10,286 nucleotides of DNA from a bacterium. Its GTDB lineage: Bacteria > Hydrothermota > 32-111. Every line of letters begins with the position of its first letter. The stretch's first letter is position 1. The stretch is taken from NCBI GenBank assembly GCA_046484245.1, contig JAWOBN010000020.1, positions 1 to 10,286 on the forward strand. The letters are read 5' to 3'. The translations under genes and the position numbers were made by a program. The notes beneath the pieces are model-generated. The model was given only the letters and a program-made list of their open reading frames with translations, made no database searches and was not told the DNA's origin. Shown here in pieces: positions 1 through 6,007 of the stretch.

Positions 1-57
1 CAACAGAATGAAAAACAGTGTCTCAGATATAAGAAAGTAAGAGATCTGATTAATTGA
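1..57 (+). CDS. Possible 3' end of an upstream gene (QQNEKQCLRYKKVRDLIN*), truncated by the window edge
   Basis: Frame 1 is open from base 1 to TGA at 55-57. It is too short to assign a function or confirm coding status. Confidence 0.3.
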   Translation, partial: QQNEKQCLRYKKVRDLIN

Positions 58-81
58 CATTATTGGCAGCAAAGTGTTATG

Positions 82-318
82 CGTCTTTCCTCATAAGAAA
101 AAGTCACTGAATATAATTATTATGTAATGTTTGTTTTCTTAATAAAAAAGCATTCAGCATAGCGATTGATATAAGGACGGTGAGGCTCACACATTTTCAT
201 CAGCACCGAATTACCGGTTATGCACGGATTGGCAAAGGCGCTTTCTGAGAACTGTCTTCGCCTCATTATTATTTATGAGGAAACATATGTCTTTCAAGTA
301 CTTTATTTTTGAGGAATA
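82..318. repeat. ~237-bp dispersed intergenic repeat, copy 1 (MITE-like / structured element)
   Basis: Direct repeat of 7632-7867 with about 13 substitutions and 1 indel by manual alignment (~94% identity). Bases 82-133 and 272-318 are identical between copies. An 11-bp inverted repeat TTTCCTCATAA (86-96) / TTATGAGGAAA (273-283) is present. Confidence 0.95.
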
Positions 319-327
319 TCGCTGCAC

Positions 328-355
328 TTGACAAAAGAAGAGTGGGGGGTAAAAT
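328..355 (+). promoter_or_regulatory. Sigma70-type promoter for the 361-435 transcript
   Basis: TTGACA (328-333) - 16 bp - TAAAAT (350-355). Predicted start is near 361-362. Confidence 0.65.
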
Positions 356-360
356 AAAAA

Positions 361-435
361 ATGAGGCAGGTGCAGGCTCAACAGTACCATTGGTCTTAAA
401 GACCGCAAAATGGTTTGCCACCCTGCCTCCTTTTT
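361..435 (+). ncRNA. Putative small structured RNA or leader with a terminal stem and U-tract
   Basis: Nested stems GAGGCAGG (363-370)/CCTGCCTC (422-429), ACCATT (386-391)/AATGGT (409-414) and GGTCT (392-396)/AGACC (400-404), followed by TTTTT (431-435). It lies directly downstream of a near-consensus promoter. Family not recognised. Confidence 0.5.
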
Positions 436-452
436 AATTCAGCACAAACATA

Positions 453-480
453 TTGAAAAACAATGATGAGGGATTATAAT
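453..480 (+). promoter_or_regulatory. Sigma70-type promoter giving a probably leaderless mRNA for the 487 gene
   Basis: TTGAAA (453-458) - 16 bp - TATAAT (475-480). The ATG at 487 sits at the expected +1 and has no SD at normal spacing. Confidence 0.6.
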
Positions 481-486
481 TGATAT

Positions 487-1233
487 ATGGGACTGAGAGA
501 AGAGGTTTACGGATTTATCAGGGATTATGACAAGGGAGATGCTGAGCTGATTGCCACTACCCTGAAGAAGAACAAGAAAGATGTGCTGCTCTGTCTGAAA
601 CAACTGGAGGATGAAGGCAGGATATATGGAAGAAGCAGGGTGCAGGGATATTTATACAAGGCAAAGGAAAATGATGCGCCTGATACAGATTATCATGAAA
701 AACAATACAGTATTGAGGAAAGTACTGAGGATATAATAGATGAGATGTTCTCCCTGGGCAATATTGAAAAGAGATGCAATAAGAATTGCAGGGGGATTCT
801 GAGATTTGTCTATAGATCACTTATTGATAATGCAAAGAAGCATTCGGGTTCGGATATTATTGATGTGAGCATTGAAACAGACAGCAGGGACGCAGAAATC
901 AATGTTGCAGACAATGGCATGGGCATATTGAAGTCCGTAGTTGATAAAACACATTTTCCTGATGAGTTTTTTGCAATGATGAATATGTTTGATGAGACCA
1001 ATACAGCTGACATGATTGAGGACTGCACTATTGCAGCAAGGATGCTTATCATGCATATGCTGGCAGAGCAACTCTCACTTCAGACACACGATATCCTCTA
1101 TGATAAATATAATGAATATTCAGGCGCATATCTCTCCTGCAATTATTATGAGGGGACGAGATTGAGGTTTCTCATTTCTCGCAATACAAGAAGAAAAGTG
1201 AGTGACTATATTATTGAAAATGAGAGGTATTGA
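487..1233 (+). CDS. Winged-HTH + histidine-kinase-like ATPase (HATPase_c/GHKL) domain protein, apparently degenerate ATP lid
   Basis: N-terminal wHTH-like segment (AELIATTLKKNKKDVLLCLKQLEDEGRIY), N-box-like LIDNAKKHS, G1-box VADNGMGI and terminal YEGTRLRF. No GxG G2 box is visible. Confidence 0.7.
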   Translation: MGLREEVYGFIRDYDKGDAELIATTLKKNKKDVLLCLKQLEDEGRIYGRSRVQGYLYKAKENDAPDTDYHEKQYSIEESTEDIIDEMFSLGNIEKRCNKNCRGILRFVYRSLIDNAKKHSGSDIIDVSIETDSRDAEINVADNGMGILKSVVDKTHFPDEFFAMMNMFDETNTADMIEDCTIAARMLIMHMLAEQLSLQTHDILYDKYNEYSGAYLSCNYYEGTRLRFLISRNTRRKVSDYIIENERY

Positions 1234-1763
1234 TGACGAGAATAGAATTTATTAAAGGGGATATCACCCAAATAGATACAGAGGCAATTGTCAATGCAGG
1301 CAATATACATCTATCAAACGGCAGTGGTGTCAATGGAGCAATACACAGGGCAGCAGGTCCCGATCTGGATGAGGAGTGCAGAGCGATTGAGGGGAATCCG
1401 CGCTGTCCGACAGGTGAAGCAAGGATAACAGGCGGATATAATCTGCCTGCTGAATATATTATACACACAGTGGGCCCGGTTTACAGGGGCGGCAATAACG
1501 GTGAGGCAGAGCTGCTTTATAATTCATTCTATAATTCACTGAGCCTTGCAGTGGAAAAAGGCATAAAGACCATTGCATTCCCCGCTATCTCAACAGGAGT
1601 GTTCAGTTATCCTCACAGAGAGGCAGCAGAGATTTCCGTAAGTGCAGTGAAGGATTTCATTGGAAAACATTCTGATGCTTTTGAAAGAATTGTTTTTGTG
1701 CTGTTCTCTGATGAAATCTACCGTATCTTCAAAGAACAGGGTGAGGATTCAGGGCTTCTGTGA
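1233..1763 (+). CDS. ymdB: Macrodomain protein, O-acetyl-ADP-ribose deacetylase / ADP-ribosylhydrolase (YmdB/MacroD type)
   Basis: Motifs GDIT..EAIVNAGN, GSGVNGAIHRAAG, TGEARITGGYNLPAEYIIHTVGP and IAFPAISTGVFSYP. ATG at 1233 overlaps the upstream stop (TGATG), with GAGG SD at 1224-1227. Confidence 0.92.
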   Translation: MTRIEFIKGDITQIDTEAIVNAGNIHLSNGSGVNGAIHRAAGPDLDEECRAIEGNPRCPTGEARITGGYNLPAEYIIHTVGPVYRGGNNGEAELLYNSFYNSLSLAVEKGIKTIAFPAISTGVFSYPHREAAEISVSAVKDFIGKHSDAFERIVFVLFSDEIYRIFKEQGEDSGLL

Positions 1764-2381
1764 GCGTATTACTATGAAAGACCCCTCTCCGTAACCGTCC
1801 TTCACTTCTTCCATGGAGTCAATTTCATCAAGATTTTTGAATATAGTCTGGGAAAATCTGAAGTTGATAAATCCTGCTTTCTTGAGATATGAGAGAATCT
1901 CCTCTGTTGAATAGAAGGCGGCGTGCTTGTAAAACACATTCTGCTCCTTGTATTTTTGATAGAGTTTTCCTATAGGGCTCTCTCTGTCAACAAGCCCGAT
2001 AAGGAGATATCCGCCATTACTCAATGTTCTGAATGATTCACTCAGGGACTTTTCAATATCATCAAGGAAGCATACTGATGTGACCATCAGCTCCAGATCA
2101 AATTCACTGTCATCAAACGGTAAATTCTCTGCCTGGCCGATTGTTACATCCATACCTCTCCTGCCGGCTATGGAAGCCATTCTGGGAGAGGGCTCAATAC
2201 CTTTTTCTATACCGAGCGGCTCAGCGAATCTGCCTGAGCCTGCTCCTATTTCCAGGCCTCTCTCAAAATCAGGCAGCAGCTTCCTCACTGCTTCAATTTC
2301 AGAGAGATATGCATATCTGTTATCTTCAAACCATTCCTCATACATGTCAGCGTGTTTTTCAAATGGTTCTGATTTTGCCAT
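1749..2381 (-). CDS. Class I SAM-dependent methyltransferase (Methyltransf_11-like)
   Basis: Motif I GLEIGAGSGRF, GIEPS, GQAENLPFDDSEFD and RTLSNGGYLLI. Strong SD AAGGAGGAA upstream. The 3' end overlaps the macrodomain gene by 15 bp. Confidence 0.92.
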   Translation of the reverse strand: MAKSEPFEKHADMYEEWFEDNRYAYLSEIEAVRKLLPDFERGLEIGAGSGRFAEPLGIEKGIEPSPRMASIAGRRGMDVTIGQAENLPFDDSEFDLELMVTSVCFLDDIEKSLSESFRTLSNGGYLLIGLVDRESPIGKLYQKYKEQNVFYKHAAFYSTEEILSYLKKAGFINFRFSQTIFKNLDEIDSMEEVKDGYGEGSFIVIRSQKP

Positions 2382-2450
2382 AATTCCTCCTTTCTACTAT
2401 CTTAATCCATTGAACGTACATATCAAGACTCACTGAAAGAATAGTTTTTA

Positions 2451-2479
2451 TTGTCTAAGAATGGTTTTTGTAGTACAAT
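2451..2479 (+). promoter_or_regulatory. Putative sigma70 promoter of the TPR gene
   Basis: TTGTCT (2451-2456) - 17 bp - TACAAT (2474-2479), followed by AAGGAG (2487-2492). Confidence 0.45.
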
Positions 2480-2502
2480 TACCTGTAAGGAGAGTGCAGA
2501 TA

Positions 2503-4017
2503 GTGACAGTTTTTATTTCAAAATCCATAGAGAATAAATACAATAAGAACAAAGTTAAAAGCATTGCAGCTATAGCACTGAATAATAGAGGGAAGGTACA
2601 TGAACTGATTGGCAATAAGAAGCAGGCATTTAATGATTATAATAGAGCACTGAATATTGTTGAATCCACTGACATGACGGATATTCATGCTGATACTCTC
2701 ATTAATATGGGTTCATTAAAATGGTCAGAAGCAGAATATTCGCAGGCAATGAAATTTCTCAAGCAATCAGAAAAGATATTACTTGATATAAATAGCAGAG
2801 AGAAACTGGCATATGTAATAGGGAAACAGGGGAATATATTCTGGCGTCAGGCAGATTATGATAAGGCACTAAGATATTATGATAAGCAATTGTCCATATG
2901 CAGCAGTATAAAGAGCCGGTTATGCAGAGCAACTGCACTGGGTAATATGGGAGCTGTGTTCAGTGATAAGGGAGAATACCAAAGGGCATATGAATTATAT
3001 TCAGAAGAAATGGATATTCTCAAGAAAGGGCATAATCAGAGGAATTTATCAATTGTTTACGGAAATCTATCAAACATATCAATGCATACAGGTGACTATG
3101 AAAAAGCGCATGAATTTACAATGAAGAGGCTCAAAATCGCTGAGAAGATCGGGGACAGAATGAGGGTGGCCATTTCACTCGGCACACTGGGCAATATTTC
3201 AAGGAACAGGTCAAGATTCAAAGAAGCATTGATGTATTATGAGCAGGCCTTAGGGGAGTTTAAAATAATAAAGCACAGGGCAGCAGTGTCAATCACAATA
3301 GGCAATATTGGAATCTGTTACTGGCGGCTTGGCGATTATGAAAAGGCACTGGAGTTCTATCATAAGCATTATGAGAGTGCTCAGAAAATCGGAGACAGGG
3401 CAGGTATGCAGAGGGCTCTGGGTAATATGGGAAATGTACTCTGGCGTCAGGGTAAATTCAATGAGGCAATTGAAAAAATGGACAGTCAAGTCCGAATCTG
3501 CAGGGGATTGGGGAATGTGCATCATCTTGCAGTTGCATTGGGGAATTTAGCCAATGTAAAGAGAGAAATGGGCGAAACCGAGTCTGCCTGTAAATTGTAT
3601 AACCGTGCAATTCATATATCCAGAGCAAAGGGAATAAAACCCCTTTGGGCTTCCATATTAACTGAGAAAATCAAATTGTTCATAGATGCGGGGAAAGGGG
3701 GATATGCCGGAAGATTGCTCAAAGAACTGAAGGAATTGATAGCAGATATTGATGACAGGGAACTGGATTTTGAATATAGAGTATTATTATCACAAGTGAG
3801 TTCTGCGAAAATAGCCCTGACTATTCTGCGCAGTATGAAAGACGAATTCAGGGGGAAACTTCAGATGGCAAAGATCAATTATTTGATTTATTCAATTGAT
3901 AATGATGTTGATGCAGGTAAACAAGCATTACTCCTATACGGGGAATTGTCTGAAAAGAGCAATGATTATGAGTACAGGCAGAGAATCAATGAATTATCAA
4001 AGTATCTGAGAGAGTAG
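2503..4017 (+). CDS. Tetratricopeptide repeat protein (nine 40-aa TPR_12/MalT-like repeats); start uncertain (GTG 2503 preferred, ATG 2461 is the longest)
   Basis: Repeats of the A.ALGN.G..Y...GDY.KA..YY type recur with an exact 120-bp period (GN-equivalent positions at 2581, 2701, 2821, 2941, 3061, 3181, 3301, 3421, 3541). GTG 2503 is in frame, 10 nt after AAGGAG. Confidence 0.88.
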   Translation: MTVFISKSIENKYNKNKVKSIAAIALNNRGKVHELIGNKKQAFNDYNRALNIVESTDMTDIHADTLINMGSLKWSEAEYSQAMKFLKQSEKILLDINSREKLAYVIGKQGNIFWRQADYDKALRYYDKQLSICSSIKSRLCRATALGNMGAVFSDKGEYQRAYELYSEEMDILKKGHNQRNLSIVYGNLSNISMHTGDYEKAHEFTMKRLKIAEKIGDRMRVAISLGTLGNISRNRSRFKEALMYYEQALGEFKIIKHRAAVSITIGNIGICYWRLGDYEKALEFYHKHYESAQKIGDRAGMQRALGNMGNVLWRQGKFNEAIEKMDSQVRICRGLGNVHHLAVALGNLANVKREMGETESACKLYNRAIHISRAKGIKPLWASILTEKIKLFIDAGKGGYAGRLLKELKELIADIDDRELDFEYRVLLSQVSSAKIALTILRSMKDEFRGKLQMAKINYLIYSIDNDVDAGKQALLLYGELSEKSNDYEYRQRINELSKYLRE

Positions 4018-4088
4018 AATAAATGTCTTATCACTTTATATAATTAATTATTCTCAGGTTTTTCTACAGGCGGGAATCTTTCAAATAA

Positions 4089-5789
4089 TTATTTCATCAG
4101 AATGAATTTCTCGCTAATGGCATTGTGCTCTGTGGATATATGAATAAAGTATATCCCGCTCTTAACCCCATTGAGATCTATATTTACATTGTCTGACAGC
4201 AATCCGGACTTGCTCAATACTCTCATACCTGCAGTATTGTAAATAGTGTATGAGATGTGTTCATCATTGTGTGACAGATGAATATTGTTGCTGCCAAAGT
4301 GCACCCTTATATCACTGCATTCAACTTCCTCTTCTACAGAATGTTCTTCATTTATCATCTGCATATTCTCATTAACGAGGAATGTGTAGTATCCTGCAGG
4401 AGCCGGATAAGGATCACATTCATGCTTCAATGAACTGTCTGTTGCAGTTACATAATATTCAACAACAGTGCTGTCCGGCTGTGAAGGTATATTGCCGGAA
4501 TACCAGTTCATTGAATCATATGTGAGATATTCATGCTGCCATACTGTATCACGCATTTGAGATGTTCTGTAATAAATCTTCAGTGAATCCGGTATCAGTC
4601 CCTCACCGGAATATGGTATGATATTCACATTGACCCTGTAATCATATATTGTTGAATTCTGATCATCCAGGGGCCTGTGGTCAATATAGAGCATATTGGA
4701 ATCATACAATGCCTTGGAGCGGCAGTGTATAGCATCAGTGGGTAAAAATTCAATACTGCCCCCCGGGTCCTGAATACCGACTATCTCATAACCGGGCATC
4801 AGTTCTTCATAAAGAGCAATTGCAGCAGAATCCTCTGACGCATATCCTGTGGTCGGGACAAAAACCCTGTCATTGAGTATTATGGAATTAGCATATGCAG
4901 CATCATGGTTTGAAGGAGCATTGATGCGCCTGACATCATATTTCCTGCCATAGCAATTATCCAATGATTCAAGGTATATTTCCAGCTGGTCAAGATTGAT
5001 GTCATCTGATGTGCCGTTCTCAACAAGTATGATTGTCTCCTCATTGAGGAATTTGGCGTAACAGTCAATATGGTCAATATATGAGGCAAGAGGGTCTTCA
5101 AATGTAATATAATTATGAATGCCCCAGTAGGCATTCATAAGTGCGTCAACAGAATCCGCGCCAATATCAGTATTGAAAGTATGATAATACACATCATCCC
5201 CGGACATTCCTGTGCCGTGACCGTCAGTCATAAAATTGCCGCCAGTATGCCTCAATTGACTTTTCCACAGGGATATGGAAATATCCGAAGCTATTGTCCA
5301 GTTTGCCTGATCATCCTCAGTTCTGCCGTGTGTGTCTGCCCTGTTATACACATGATCAGAAATCCCGAATGCTCCTGTTGAATCAAATACACACCATGGC
5401 CCCCAGTCCCTCATCCAGTAAGTATTATTGTCAGCTACAATAAACCGGACATTGCTTATTGAATGAGATGAAAAATCGGATTCTGCTGATGCAAGATAAT
5501 AATTATCCACTATACAGAGAATATCAGCTTCCTCAGCTGCTGTCTCTATCATAGTCCATGGGAGTCCAAGGGGGTATCTTATTATGAGTGCAGTGGCAGG
5601 CTCCCATTCAGCGCACATTCTCGGGTCAGCAGGAGGAGCTGTCGGGGTAATAGAGTATTTTCCTGTAGGCATTGTTTCAGGTTTTGCTCCGTGAACAGGA
5701 TGAGACAGTGAATAACCGTCCCCGTTAATGCTCTCAGAATAAATTGTAATTGAGATTAATATCAAAAGTAAAAGAATAGATTGTTTCAT
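4089..5789 (-). CDS. Secreted agmatine deiminase / Porphyromonas-type peptidylarginine deiminase family protein with T9SS-type (Por) C-terminal sorting domain
   Basis: Signal peptide MKQSILLLLILISITIYS. Family motifs AEWEP, WMRDWGP, GGNFMTDGHG, HIDCYAKF, YANSIILND and AIHCR (catalytic Cys). C-terminal IYNTAGMRV...SGIYFIHI...EKFILMK. SD AAGGAG upstream. Confidence 0.88.
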   Translation of the reverse strand: MKQSILLLLILISITIYSESINGDGYSLSHPVHGAKPETMPTGKYSITPTAPPADPRMCAEWEPATALIIRYPLGLPWTMIETAAEEADILCIVDNYYLASAESDFSSHSISNVRFIVADNNTYWMRDWGPWCVFDSTGAFGISDHVYNRADTHGRTEDDQANWTIASDISISLWKSQLRHTGGNFMTDGHGTGMSGDDVYYHTFNTDIGADSVDALMNAYWGIHNYITFEDPLASYIDHIDCYAKFLNEETIILVENGTSDDINLDQLEIYLESLDNCYGRKYDVRRINAPSNHDAAYANSIILNDRVFVPTTGYASEDSAAIALYEELMPGYEIVGIQDPGGSIEFLPTDAIHCRSKALYDSNMLYIDHRPLDDQNSTIYDYRVNVNIIPYSGEGLIPDSLKIYYRTSQMRDTVWQHEYLTYDSMNWYSGNIPSQPDSTVVEYYVTATDSSLKHECDPYPAPAGYYTFLVNENMQMINEEHSVEEEVECSDIRVHFGSNNIHLSHNDEHISYTIYNTAGMRVLSKSGLLSDNVNIDLNGVKSGIYFIHISTEHNAISEKFILMK

Positions 5790-5816
5790 CAGACAAGTCT
5801 CCTTAATATTTGTAAT

Positions 5817-5845
5817 AATCTATCATTTATAAAGTTTAATGTCAA
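5817..5845 (-). promoter_or_regulatory. Putative promoter of the deiminase gene (extended -10)
   Basis: Minus strand TTGACA (5845-5840) - 17 bp - TAGATT (5822-5817), preceded by TGn. Confidence 0.5.
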
Positions 5846-5875
5846 CTTTATCAGTTGTGATTAATGTTCAACCAC

Positions 5876-5903
5876 TTGACGCCGGTACAATTAACATTAC
5901 AAT
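5876..5903 (+). promoter_or_regulatory. Promoter of tRNA-Thr (and probably the downstream kinase)
   Basis: TTGACG (5876-5881) - 16 bp - TACAAT (5898-5903), 11 bp before the tRNA. Confidence 0.65.
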
Positions 5904-5914
5904 ACATAGACCCT

Positions 5915-5987
5915 GCTGGTGTAGCTCAGTTGGAAGAGCAGCGCATTCGTAATGCGCAGGTCAGCGGTTCGAATCCGCTCACCAGCT
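5915..5987 (+). tRNA. tRNA-Thr (anticodon CGT), CCA not encoded
   Basis: Full cloverleaf: acceptor GCTGGTG/CACCAGC, D arm GCTC/GAGC, anticodon arm GCGCA-TT CGT AA-TGCGC (anticodon 5948-5950), T arm AGCGG-TTCGAAT-CCGCT. Confidence 0.97.
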
Positions 5988-6007
5988 TAATATAACAAGG
6001 ATTTATT

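Noticed and set aside
76..224. Integron attC site (GTTATGC at 76-82 and 218-224)
   Set aside because: No matching inverse core bounds the hairpin, the internal motif lies in the apical loop, and no integrase or cassette array is present.
197..245. Hammerhead ribozyme (CUGAUGA and GAAA on the minus strand of the repeat)
   Set aside because: Stem II cannot form next to the core and stem III would be only 2 bp. The motifs are better explained as parts of the long hairpin.
211..408. 65-aa minus ORF, and the related 68-aa ORF at 7670-7876
   Set aside because: The shared peptide comes only from the repeat. A 1-bp indel shifts the frame between copies and the starts lie in unrelated flanks.
380..419. 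c-di-GMP-I riboswitch resemblance (GGCAAACCAUU on the minus strand)
   Set aside because: It lacks the GNRA loop, the GACGCAAA junction and the P3 receptor helix. The promoter and U-tract point to the plus strand.
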